Virus record (IMG/VR): IMGVR_UViG_3300033145_000274
Location: 32,001-96,000 of that record
Strand: one strand, 5' to 3'
From: a virus
Length of the DNA: 64,000 nt
Under the pieces are notes generated by a model, which saw nothing but the letters and a program-made list of their open reading frames with translations, was not told the origin of the DNA and ran no database searches. Position numbers and translations under genes: made by a program. Shown here piece by piece: positions 55,876 through 64,000 of the stretch. Every line of letters begins with the position of its first letter. Within the stretch, counting starts at the first letter, position 1.

Positions 55876-56235
55876 ATGAAAACTTTTGGATTGGTAATTG
55901 GTGGACTGGTTTCTTTTGTTGGATTGGTTATTCTCTTGGGCGCATTGGGCCTCGGGGGAAGATGGGTCAACATGAAAGTCGAAGCCTGGTTTGCACCACG
56001 AGAGCAGAACATTCAACGTGAGGTCTTCGAGAATACGAAGTCATATAACGAAGCCAAGGAACAAGAGCTTGTTAAGCACAAGTTTGAGTGGGAAAAAGCA
56101 AAGGGAAAAGATGACGTTGGCACTATGAAAGCTGTTGAGTCTGCCGTGCGTCATAAGTTTGCGGATTACGAGGATAATCGTTTGTCTCCTGAACTTCAGG
56201 AGTTTGTTCGTCACTGTAAATATGGAGGATTGTAA
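55876..56235 (+). CDS. membrane-anchored coiled-coil protein
   Basis: N-terminal TM helix. Confidence 0.6.
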   Translation: MKTFGLVIGGLVSFVGLVILLGALGLGGRWVNMKVEAWFAPREQNIQREVFENTKSYNEAKEQELVKHKFEWEKAKGKDDVGTMKAVESAVRHKFADYEDNRLSPELQEFVRHCKYGGL

Positions 56236-56237
56236 GG

Positions 56238-56801
56238 ATGAAGTGTGTACTGGATAACCTATTTCGATTGGTGGTACTAACCCTGGTAATTGGTTGCCTG
56301 AGCGGCTGCGCAGCCGATAAACGACCGGCTCAAGATGCTGACCTGATTCAGCAAAAGGCAACTGCACAGTCGATGGCTGAAGCCCAACGTCAAATTGGAA
56401 TGCCAGCTATCAAAAACTTCCAAGAAAAGAAATTGGCAAAGATGATTTTCGAGTTGCGTGACCAGGAGGACTACATATGTCATGCATACCTGATGAATCA
56501 GATGACTGGTAACATTGGTCAGTACCTTGGCAAATGCCTGGGTTATGGCTTGCCGTACTCAGTACAGTTTACAAACCCGGAAAAACCCGAGTTTGTTGAC
56601 GGTGGTCAGTATGGAGCAATCAATCCATATACATTGCCACAAGCTGACCCCAATGGCTTGTTCATGCCTTCCGGCCTGAGTGCCACGTGGATTATGTTGT
56701 ATGACAAGGAAAAAGAGGACTTTCGACCCGTTTATGTCGAGCCTTTAATCATTGTTAGTCCCTTCCCATTGGAAACTGGTATGTCAATGGAACCTACGTA
56801 A
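56238..56801 (+). CDS. putative lipoprotein
   Basis: Lipobox LSGC. Confidence 0.65.
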   Translation: MKCVLDNLFRLVVLTLVIGCLSGCAADKRPAQDADLIQQKATAQSMAEAQRQIGMPAIKNFQEKKLAKMIFELRDQEDYICHAYLMNQMTGNIGQYLGKCLGYGLPYSVQFTNPEKPEFVDGGQYGAINPYTLPQADPNGLFMPSGLSATWIMLYDKEKEDFRPVYVEPLIIVSPFPLETGMSMEPT

Positions 56802-56802
56802 T

Positions 56803-56876
56803 GGGCGCTTAGCTCAGGGGTTTAGAGCATCACGTTGACATCGTGAAAGTCGCTGGTTCGATTCCAGTAGTGCCCA
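56803..56876 (+). tRNA. tRNA-Val(GAC)
   Basis: TCACG-TTGACAT-CGTGA. Confidence 0.9.
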
Positions 56877-57043
56877 CTGTGAATAACCCGACGACCGTTA
56901 ATCTGAGGGTTCGGTTGAAGCTGGCCTGTTGGACGCAATTAGCCCGACATTACATGTAGTGTCTAAACCAGCCGCAACACACGGAGAAGTCTGATATTTT
57001 GCTGGCTTTCAAACTCCGTTACCAAAGTCGAAAACCAGCGCGC

Positions 57044-57114
57044 GGGCGTGTAGTATAATGGAAGTGCATCTGGCTTACATCCAGAAAGCGGGGGTTCAAT
57101 TCCCTTCATGCCCA
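57044..57114 (+). tRNA. tRNA-Val(TAC)
   Basis: TCTGG-CTTACAT-CCAGA. Confidence 0.9.
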
Positions 57115-57139
57115 CTAAGCAGGATGCCCACTAAGCAGG
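57108..57139 (+). repeat. 16-bp tandem duplication including the tRNA-Val 3' end
   Basis: ATGCCCACTAAGCAGG x2. Confidence 0.9.
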
Positions 57140-57148
57140 AAAGCAAAC

Positions 57149-57364
57149 ATGATTAAATTTACCAGAGCCGAGTGCCTACAACGCGAGCGTGACTGTACAC
57201 ACGCGCGTAGTCTCACATGCCTTCCAGGCTCAGGTAGTTATTATTTTTGTGATGATTGTGGTACTTACTTCTCCATGTTTGACTATCCAAAAACTACTCC
57301 GATGCGCATAGGCAAATGGAGTGACCACCTATTGGGGCGTGATAATGCCCGTAGACTTTGGTGA
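57149..57364 (+). CDS. small Cys-containing protein
   Basis: CxxxxxC...CDDC. Confidence 0.5.
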   Translation: MIKFTRAECLQRERDCTHARSLTCLPGSGSYYFCDDCGTYFSMFDYPKTTPMRIGKWSDHLLGRDNARRLW

Positions 57365-57609
57365 GAGTGGCCAAAATGACAGATGACCCAGTTCAACGCG
57401 ACGAACGTATCAAAAAGGGCGTGGTGCTGTCCACAGAACGTGGTCAGCTTTACGTAGCACAAGGACGTTATTATAGAAAGTGTGATGGGACCTCAAATGG
57501 CTGGTACGGCATGGGCTTTAATGGGGAGCGTGTGAAGGCCGATGTACCTGAGTTTGTAGCGTCTACCATAAATGCTTATATAACTAGTACATATGGAAGT
57601 GAGGATTAG
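57358..57609 (+). CDS. hypothetical protein
   Basis: Coupled ORF. Confidence 0.45.
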   Translation: MVRVAKMTDDPVQRDERIKKGVVLSTERGQLYVAQGRYYRKCDGTSNGWYGMGFNGERVKADVPEFVASTINAYITSTYGSED

Positions 57610-58043
57610 TGATGTTAAGGACTTTATTGTTTGCGCTAGTATTAACGTTGGGTTTTGCTAACCAATCATTAGCCATCGAGCCACTGATACTAATGCGCTA
57701 TGGTGATGCCTACCATGCAATACAAAAGTATAATGTGAATGGTATCTTTGTTTTTACGGCCTCATGGTGTGAGCCGTGCAAAAAAATGAAGAAGGATACA
57801 TGGACACCCTTGATGTCACAAATCAAGACCAAGTACATTATTTATTTTGTGGATGTAGAAGCTGAACCAGATATTGTTAAGAAATGGCAAGCCATGGGTA
57901 TGGTTCAAAACATACCGGCATACGCCTTGACAACCAGGGGTGGGACGCGCATTATTTCATATGACGCTGGTTACCGCAACAAAAGTAACCTAATGAAGTG
58001 GGTCAATGATGGTATTCTGTCATTGAAAAAGAGACGACGATAG
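57609..58043 (+). CDS. exported thioredoxin-like protein
   Basis: Signal peptide, FTASWCEPCK. Confidence 0.8.
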   Translation: MMLRTLLFALVLTLGFANQSLAIEPLILMRYGDAYHAIQKYNVNGIFVFTASWCEPCKKMKKDTWTPLMSQIKTKYIIYFVDVEAEPDIVKKWQAMGMVQNIPAYALTTRGGTRIISYDAGYRNKSNLMKWVNDGILSLKKRRR

Positions 58044-58046
58044 TAT

Positions 58047-58118
58047 TGTCCTGTAGTGTAATTGGTAGCACGAGACACTCTGAATGTTTTAGTTTTGGTT
58101 CGAGTCCAAACAGGATAG
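58047..58118 (+). tRNA. tRNA-Gln(CTG)
   Basis: AGACA-CTCTGAA-TGTTT. Confidence 0.85.
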
Positions 58119-58124
58119 CTTGCT

Positions 58125-58195
58125 TGCTCTATGGTGTAATGGTAGCACATGTGCTTTTGGCGCACAGAGTCCGAGTTCAAATCTTGGTGGAGCAT
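58125..58195 (+). tRNA. tRNA-Gln(TTG)
   Basis: TGTGC-TTTTGGC-GCACA. Confidence 0.85.
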
Positions 58196-58269
58196 CTTTA
58201 GTCTAACTTAAAAGATTTTGGTTGTCTTGGGTTCGATTTGGTGTATGGTATTATATAGGAGATAATACT

Positions 58270-58998
58270 ATGCGAAAAAAAACCAGCCCAATCTGGCAAG
58301 TGTCCAAGGCAAAGTTGATAACTTATGTCAATGCTAGCAAAACTTTTACTGAGGTGTTGGAAAAATTTGGATTACAATTGAAGGGCAATAATAACCAAAC
58401 ACTAAAGCAAAGATTACATAAAGACAACATAGACTATGGTCACATAACACCGACACATAAATACGAAGGTGTTCCCATAGCAGCTAAACCACTTGAGAAC
58501 ATACTGGTTGAAAACTCTCAGTATAATAGATGCCACCTAAAAAACAGACTCATAAAGGAGGGTATTCTACAATATCATTGTGCTTCGTGTGGGTGTGATA
58601 CATGGCTTGACAAACCACTAATGTTGCAACTTGACCACATCAATGGCATTAGTAATGACAATAGAATAGAAAACTTACGATTATTGTGTCCTAATTGTCA
58701 TAGTCAAACAAATACCTTTGGTGGTAAGAATAAAAAGACATCCGTGGGTTCTGGTCGTGGTAGATATTTTACAAATAGTTGCAAAGATTGTGGAACACCC
58801 ATATTAAACAACTCAACTAGATGTAAAAAATGTGCAGCTAATAATCGAACAGACAATCGCAAGGTTCTGAATAGACCATCATTGCAACAACTATTGTTGG
58901 ATGTAAAACAACTGGGTTATGTCGGTGCTGGAAAAAAATATGGAGTGTCTGACAATTCTATCCGTAAATGGATAAAAAAATACCAGACGTTGCCGTAA
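58270..58998 (+). CDS. free-standing HNH homing endonuclease
   Basis: CASC...LQLDHINGISNDNRIENLRLLCPNCHSQT, C-terminal HTH; AT-rich. Confidence 0.9.
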   Translation: MRKKTSPIWQVSKAKLITYVNASKTFTEVLEKFGLQLKGNNNQTLKQRLHKDNIDYGHITPTHKYEGVPIAAKPLENILVENSQYNRCHLKNRLIKEGILQYHCASCGCDTWLDKPLMLQLDHINGISNDNRIENLRLLCPNCHSQTNTFGGKNKKTSVGSGRGRYFTNSCKDCGTPILNNSTRCKKCAANNRTDNRKVLNRPSLQQLLLDVKQLGYVGAGKKYGVSDNSIRKWIKKYQTLP

Positions 58999-59080
58999 TT
59001 AGAAGTGGTATCGAATCCTGGAATAAGGTTGGTCTTGCGCTGGCTCGACTCCCTACGTCGCTGCTTTATAGGAGAACCGT

Positions 59081-59656
59081 ATGCATAACTACACACCGCG
59101 TAGATTTTTTAACCACCGTGCTGGTGTACAGTACATTGAGATGCCCAAGGTAGCATCCAATTCTATTCAACAAGCTCTGCGACATGACGTAAAACCACAT
59201 AGACCACGGTCCAAACTTGTGTTTACTTTTATTCGACATCCATTAGCCAGGCTAGTATCGGCGTACGTAGAAAAAATACAAACTGGTAAGGTTAAATACC
59301 TGGTCGGCGCCACAATGGCCAAGGACCTACCACCAAGTATAACATTGGATGCATTTATAGACTTCCTACTAAACTTCTCATCACACAAGAAGTATGGCGC
59401 GGAACAAATCAACAATCACTTTTGTCCACAGTCATGGATATTGGAACACGAAGTTGATATAGATTTCATTGGACAACTGGAAAGCATAGATGAAGACTGG
59501 CAGATACTTGTTAAACGAGGACTACCGTTCCTATCACATAAACATCCAACTGAAGGTATTCAACATTGGTCGGAAATGTTAACTTCAGACATGGAGGACC
59601 GAGCCAGACATTTTTATCAGGATGACTTTGAACGATGGGCGGGTTGGTGGGATTAA
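59081..59656 (+). CDS. Sulfotransfer_2-family sulfotransferase
   Basis: YIEMPKVASNS, FIRHPLARLVSAY, NHFCPQ, FIGQLE. Confidence 0.8.
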   Translation: MHNYTPRRFFNHRAGVQYIEMPKVASNSIQQALRHDVKPHRPRSKLVFTFIRHPLARLVSAYVEKIQTGKVKYLVGATMAKDLPPSITLDAFIDFLLNFSSHKKYGAEQINNHFCPQSWILEHEVDIDFIGQLESIDEDWQILVKRGLPFLSHKHPTEGIQHWSEMLTSDMEDRARHFYQDDFERWAGWWD

Positions 59657-59660
59657 ATAC

Positions 59661-59729
59661 GGTGCGGGGTCCGGTGACCGAATGACTCTTATAAGGCCGT
59701 TTAGCTGGGTTCAACTCCCAGACGCACTA
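59661..59729 (+). tRNA. tRNA-Ile(TAT), imperfect stems
   Basis: Loop CTTATAA; T-arm CTGGG-TTCAACT-CCCAG. Confidence 0.55.
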
Positions 59730-59755
59730 CTGACTACAGATAAGCAGGAAAGGCA

Positions 59756-60373
59756 ATGGATATGAATGCACAACCGACATTCGAGCAATGGTTCCGTAAC
59801 GCTCAATATGATTTGGAACATGCCCATGGTGGTGACATAGAACAAATTCGTGCGATTGCGAAGACAGCATACGACCTGGGTAAAAAAAGCCCAGATTCCC
59901 TGGCCCTCCGAGTGTGTAAAACACTTGAGGGATTAGCGATGTTGGAAGAGAAGATAAACTCTTCTTTCCCCCACTGGAGTGATGTGGTTTATAGGTTTTG
60001 TCATATTGCACGCTGTGAGTGTAAGAATCCACATTTAGATTGGATGAAACAGTTTGAAGAGATGGAAGCCGAGATACATGAGGCGTGTGCCGCTCCCGCT
60101 GATAAGAAAAAAAAACATTATGACAGCATTGAAGTGGGCAAGAAATACTGGATAACATACGACGACCCAGATTATCCATGTGATTGTCCATGTCATACGT
60201 CTGAAGGGGCTATCAGACATTGTATACCATGTTGTCGTGACAATAGTTACACTGGAGAAGCAGTGTGTGTTCAGAAACGTGATGACCAACAACTATGTAT
60301 ATTTGAAGACCCAAGAAACTCATTGCATAAGTATGCACTGGACCCATATTCAGTACATGAGATAATAACATGA
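59756..60373 (+). CDS. hypothetical protein with Cys-rich C-terminus
   Basis: CDCPCH...CIPCC. Confidence 0.55.
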   Translation: MDMNAQPTFEQWFRNAQYDLEHAHGGDIEQIRAIAKTAYDLGKKSPDSLALRVCKTLEGLAMLEEKINSSFPHWSDVVYRFCHIARCECKNPHLDWMKQFEEMEAEIHEACAAPADKKKKHYDSIEVGKKYWITYDDPDYPCDCPCHTSEGAIRHCIPCCRDNSYTGEAVCVQKRDDQQLCIFEDPRNSLHKYALDPYSVHEIIT

Positions 60374-60431
60374 AGAATGGCACACTTCCTTGCTCAAATT
60401 GGAATACTTACAGAAGCTATTACATGGGCAA

Positions 60432-60499
60432 GCCGGTGAAGGTGGTCCAAACGACTCACTCGTAATGAATTGTTCCGAGTTCGATTCTCGGCGCTGGCT
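60432..60499 (+). tRNA. tRNA-Thr(CGT), short D-arm
   Basis: GCCGGTG/CGCTGGC; loop CTCGTAA. Confidence 0.6.
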
Positions 60500-60511
60500 C
60501 TTTCTGAAAGG

Positions 60512-60757
60512 ATGATTATGATTGTTTGTCGAAGAAAGGAGAGAGAAAACAATGCTTTAATTGTGATTGATGCACGGACAACCTCTGAAGCACACGAGGT
60601 GTTACGGTCGGTGGGTCTGAACCCTAGTGATTACCTAAGTCCATTCACTGTTATAGCAAGTGTATCAAGATTTGTTACCCCACAAGGAAACTCGACAGTA
60701 TGTTGGGCCAGAGAAGTTAAGTCGGATGACCTGCCCAACCCATATGCGGAGTGTTGA
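60512..60757 (+). CDS. hypothetical protein
   Basis: ORF between tRNAs with AAGGA RBS. Confidence 0.45.
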   Translation: MIMIVCRRKERENNALIVIDARTTSEAHEVLRSVGLNPSDYLSPFTVIASVSRFVTPQGNSTVCWAREVKSDDLPNPYAEC

Positions 60758-60760
60758 GAT

Positions 60761-60845
60761 AGAGGAGATTGCAGTTGGCTTGCAAAGCGCTCTCGAAAAG
60801 CGTATCCGGTAAACCCGGACGGGGGTTCAATTCCCTCCTCCTCTG
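60761..60845 (+). tRNA. tRNA-Ser(CGA)
   Basis: GCGCT-CTCGAAA-AGCGT, long V-arm, G73. Confidence 0.9.
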
Positions 60846-60920
60846 CTGCCGTGATTTCTACCAGTGGTAGGTGTCCTGTAAAGGGCTGCGCAGTCCCAGC
60901 CTGGCAAAACTGCGCTATAC

Positions 60921-61000
60921 AGAAGGTATCCGAATGGTTAGGAACCCGCTTGGAAAGCGGGCGGGCGAAAGCCTTGGGGGTTCGAGTCCCCTGCCTTCTG
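60921..61000 (+). tRNA. tRNA-Ser(GGA)
   Basis: CCCGC-TTGGAAA-GCGGG. Confidence 0.9.
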
Positions 61001-61066
61001 CTGTAAGGGTGTTTTCTTACCGTTCATCCATAAACAAAAACGGTTACTCAAGAATTAAGGCACTAT

Positions 61067-62161
61067 ATGAATGCACAATATACCTGGCCACTCAATGATA
61101 ATCATTTTTCATTGATAGATAAGCTACAAATTGCCTACTTTATTCTCAATCCAAAAAATAGATGGACAGAGGACAGGCGCGTACGACAATTAGAGAACGT
61201 CTGGGCAGATATTACTGGATATAAGTACGTTGTGGCCACTAACAGTGGCACATCTGCAATAGAATTGATGGCGCGTGTATATAGAGAAATGCACGGTGTG
61301 GGAACAGTAGCGGTCCCCGCAGTAACATGGCCAACGTCTGTTACTCCATGGATACACGCTGGTTATACGCCTGTGTTTATTGACATTGACCTCAAGACCC
61401 TGTGCATGTCCGAGACGGACTTAAAAAATAAACTGAATGGTCAGAAAGCAAAAGTCGTCTTTCCAACATCTGTGCTGGGCTCACACTGTGAGACAGCTAC
61501 GCTAAAACCCTACGGCACATTGATAGGCGTAGATAATTGTGAGTCAAGCTTTAGTCTCGTAGATTGTCACGAGACATCCGTCACATCGTTATACTTTGGA
61601 CATCAATTTACTACCGGCACAGAAGGTGGATTATTATTCACAAACTGCCAGGAAGAATGTAGATTAGCCGTTCATATGCGCGGACACGGTATGACCAGTT
61701 CGTGGGCTAAATATAACAATGAACCGTGTGAAAAATTTAAGTTTGCAGTTATGGGTTCAAACTATCGTAGTAATGACATCGCAGCATACATGGGCCTGAT
61801 GGACATGCGTAAGTTTGAACACAAACAACGACACAGGAATGCTTTGTATAATGTATTCTGTAGAAATATACGTAAGGAATACCAGCTATTTAACTTGCGC
61901 GGCCCATTTGCTTTGCCAATCATAACTAGTGTAGTTCCACGCGCAAGCCTGATACGCACGGTTGAAGCATTCGGTATCGAAACTCGCCCCATTATTAGTG
62001 GTAATATACTGCGACAACCAGCATTTCAGCAGTATGATAATGGTTCCTGTCCCAATGCAAATTATATACATGACCATGGTTTTTATGTTGGACTACACGA
62101 GGGGGTACCAACGCGAGACATAGTCATGTTAACCGATGTGCTCAACGAAGCATTTTCATAG
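61067..62161 (+). CDS. DegT/DnrJ-fold enzyme, ColD-like GDP-4-keto-6-deoxymannose 3-dehydratase
   Basis: TNSGTSA, VDNCES, SLYFGHQFTTGTEGG with His at the catalytic Lys position. Confidence 0.75.
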   Translation: MNAQYTWPLNDNHFSLIDKLQIAYFILNPKNRWTEDRRVRQLENVWADITGYKYVVATNSGTSAIELMARVYREMHGVGTVAVPAVTWPTSVTPWIHAGYTPVFIDIDLKTLCMSETDLKNKLNGQKAKVVFPTSVLGSHCETATLKPYGTLIGVDNCESSFSLVDCHETSVTSLYFGHQFTTGTEGGLLFTNCQEECRLAVHMRGHGMTSSWAKYNNEPCEKFKFAVMGSNYRSNDIAAYMGLMDMRKFEHKQRHRNALYNVFCRNIRKEYQLFNLRGPFALPIITSVVPRASLIRTVEAFGIETRPIISGNILRQPAFQQYDNGSCPNANYIHDHGFYVGLHEGVPTRDIVMLTDVLNEAFS

Positions 62162-62242
62162 AGGGTCAAGCCAACCGGTGATGGCACTTGATTTGAAATC
62201 AAGCGAGCGCAAGCCTTGAGGGTTCGATTCCCTCACCCTCTG
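62160..62242 (+). tRNA. tRNA-Ser(TGA)
   Basis: CTTGA-TTTGAAA-TCAAG. Confidence 0.9.
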
Positions 62243-62264
62243 CCTTTTATTTAAGGATACACAC

Positions 62265-63176
62265 ATGAACGTATTAGTTACAGGACACACTGGTTTCGTT
62301 GGAAGAAACCTAATGGAGTATTTGACTCAGCCCACAGATAAAAGTTACCATTTGTGTCAACCCAGCCGACATAATTTGCTAGACCCGATAGACACGCATC
62401 GCATGTTTGCCGAACACCTACCAGACGTTGTGGTTCATCTGGCCGCGCGCGTTGGTGGAATTAAGGACAACATGGAGAATCCCGTTGATTTTTTCCTTGA
62501 TAATATACAAATGGGCATGAATGTATTTAGTGCCTGTCACAAACATAAGGCATACTGTATTTTAGTCGGCACCGTGTGTAGTTATCCACGTGATTGTCCC
62601 ATCCCATTTACAGAGATAGACCTGTGGAACGGAGACCCAGAACCTACAAATGGTGCGTACGCCGCAGCCAAGCGTGGATTATACAAACTACTCGGGGCAT
62701 ATAACCAACAGCATGGCCTACGGGGCACCATACTACTTCCAACTAATATGTATGGCAAGTACAACAACTTTGACCCAGATACTAGCCATGTGATACCAGC
62801 AATGATACGTAAGTTCAATGCGGGCACCGATGAAGTGGTTTTGTGGGGCACAGGACAGGCTACACGAGAGTTTCTACATGTGACAGATTTTTGTCGTGCA
62901 GTATTGCATACCATACACACATGTCCAGATTATCCATTGCCAATGAATATCACTGGTGGTAGTGAAGTTTCCATGATGGAGTTGGCCTATATGATTGCGG
63001 ATATAACTGGATTTATTGGTAAAATTAAGTTTGACCCAAGTAAACCCGATGGTCAACCACGTCGCAAGTCTAATGGAAGACTTGCTAGAGATATGATACA
63101 GTATCAACCTACACACAATCTATATGATGGCATTACAGAACTAAACAAGTGGTATAAATCAGAGGTAAGCGCATGA
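62265..63176 (+). CDS. fcl: GDP-L-fucose synthase / ColC-like epimerase-reductase
   Basis: GHTGFVG, HLAARVGGI, YAAAK, PTNMYG, HVIPAMI, WGTGQATREFLHV. Confidence 0.9.
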   Translation: MNVLVTGHTGFVGRNLMEYLTQPTDKSYHLCQPSRHNLLDPIDTHRMFAEHLPDVVVHLAARVGGIKDNMENPVDFFLDNIQMGMNVFSACHKHKAYCILVGTVCSYPRDCPIPFTEIDLWNGDPEPTNGAYAAAKRGLYKLLGAYNQQHGLRGTILLPTNMYGKYNNFDPDTSHVIPAMIRKFNAGTDEVVLWGTGQATREFLHVTDFCRAVLHTIHTCPDYPLPMNITGGSEVSMMELAYMIADITGFIGKIKFDPSKPDGQPRRKSNGRLARDMIQYQPTHNLYDGITELNKWYKSEVSA

Positions 63177-63370
63177 TAACACGTAGACAAGCCATGTTGA
63201 GCGGGCTGGGTGCAACCCTAGCGCTGCCGTTTATGGGCATGGGTACGAGTGTTAGCCCAGAGTACCAGAACTTCTTGGGCGATAATCCGCAAACCTCCGA
63301 TGTTGAATTGATTGTTGGTCTGGACCTGCGCACTAACGATACCATTGTTGTTAACCATCCCGTACTTTGA
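63173..63370 (+). CDS. small protein with twin-arginine signal
   Basis: MITRRQAMLSGLGATLALP. Confidence 0.65.
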   Translation: MITRRQAMLSGLGATLALPFMGMGTSVSPEYQNFLGDNPQTSDVELIVGLDLRTNDTIVVNHPVL

Positions 63371-63378
63371 GACGATAA

Positions 63379-63570
63379 ATGACACAATGCATTACCGCTA
63401 TTGAAGGACCGATAGATATAGTACGTCGCTTGAACGACATGGGAGTGTACATTGGTCAAACCATACGTTCAATAGGTCCTGGATTGTGGCGTGTTGGCAA
63501 TCAGTTTACATTGGTATATCGTTTACCTGATAGCGTAGTTATTAGTACAGAATGTAGCTCAGCTTGGTAG
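63379..63570 (+). CDS. FeoA-like SH3 domain protein
   Basis: IVRRLNDMGVYIGQTI. Confidence 0.55.
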   Translation: MTQCITAIEGPIDIVRRLNDMGVYIGQTIRSIGPGLWRVGNQFTLVYRLPDSVVISTECSSAW

Positions 63571-63621
63571 AGCGCCTGGTCGGGGGCCAGGAGGTCGCTG
63601 GTTCAAATCCAGTCATCCTGA
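63548..63621 (+). tRNA. tRNA-Pro(GGG)
   Basis: CCTGG-TCGGGGG-CCAGG, canonical D- and T-arms. Confidence 0.85.
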
Positions 63622-63627
63622 CTCAAT

Positions 63628-63718
63628 AGAAGGTAGCCGAATACTGGTTCGTCGGAACTGATTGCTAATCAGTGCCGCATCGCAAGGTGCGGTGAGGGTT
63701 CGATTCCCTTGCCTTCTG
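63628..63718 (+). tRNA. tRNA-Ser(GCT)
   Basis: ACTGA-TTGCTAA-TCAGT, long V-arm. Confidence 0.9.
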
Positions 63719-63742
63719 CTTATTGAGGGAAAGGTACAGTAT

Positions 63743-64000
63743 ATGAAACGCATTGCTATAGTAAGTAACAATCCACGGCAAAGCAATACGGCTAGCTTTG
63801 TAGATAGTTGTGATGAAGTTATACGCTTCTCTAATTGTGTAACACATGAGGGTTTTACTGGAAACAAAATTACTGCATGGGTAACACGTAGTAGATGTAA
63901 TCATACCAATAGTATATATTCCCTGTATGCTGGGATAATGAAACGCGCAGTTTCACACGTCAACGTAGCATTTATAACACATGGATTTCCAGAGTATAGT
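63743..64000 (+). CDS. GT29 (sialyltransferase-motif)-like protein, N-terminal part
   Basis: RIAIVSN...VDSCDEVIRFSN...FTGNKIT; open to the window end. Confidence 0.5.
   Translation, partial: MKRIAIVSNNPRQSNTASFVDSCDEVIRFSNCVTHEGFTGNKITAWVTRSRCNHTNSIYSLYAGIMKRAVSHVNVAFITHGFPEYS

Noticed and set aside
56880-57040. ncRNA between the two tRNA-Val genes
   Set aside because: Only short scattered helices, not distinguishable from chance without covariation data.
58196-59070. HNH gene as part of a group I intron splitting a tRNA
   Set aside because: The upstream tRNA-Gln is complete, the downstream 58985-59065 segment does not fold into a tRNA half, and I saw no P7-type core. Treated as free-standing.
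61067-62161. Perosamine synthase or generic aminotransferase call
   Set aside because: The catalytic Lys position is His, which fits a ColD-type dehydratase.
1-64000. Stop-codon reassignment (alternative genetic code)
   Set aside because: Conserved genes are full length under code 11, TAG/TGA/TAA all end genes, and no suppressor tRNA was found.

Overview
A 64-kb segment of a large tailed dsDNA (jumbo-like) bacteriophage genome, standard genetic code. Evidence: terminase large subunit, probable portal N-terminus, rIIA/rIIB pair, about 21 recognisable tRNAs, a tmRNA, and dense short ORFs. The host may be Planctomycetota; this is inference only, from the style of TatA and the secreted trypsin-like protein. 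Layout: (1) 1-6.8 kb, mostly minus-strand packaging block (portal, TerL, ERCC4 nuclease, Gmd, sigma-like factor). (2) 6.9-21.3 kb, a C-skewed, more GC-rich early-type region of short terminator-repeat-promoter-gene cassettes. It carries a recurring ~150-bp ACGACTTACG-box element and encodes an L7/L12-like protein, radical SAM, PRTase, GP88, methyltransferase, DUF932, WYL-like proteins, tandem Cys-rich paralogs and a tRNA-shaped RNA with a giant anticodon arm. (3) 23-47 kb, accessory genes: macro domain, TOPRIM, RlmN-like, RNA ligase, five MKxRxGFVSNSS proteins around a radical SAM/SPASM enzyme, rIIA/B, Ro60/TROVE followed by two structured RNAs, dUTPase, TatA, Nudix. (4) 47-64 kb, tmRNA plus a tRNA field (three tRNAs with non-canonical long variable arms) interleaved with glycan genes (ColD-like, Fcl/ColC, sulfotransferases, glycosyltransferases). 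All calls come from manual motif reading; no database search was run.
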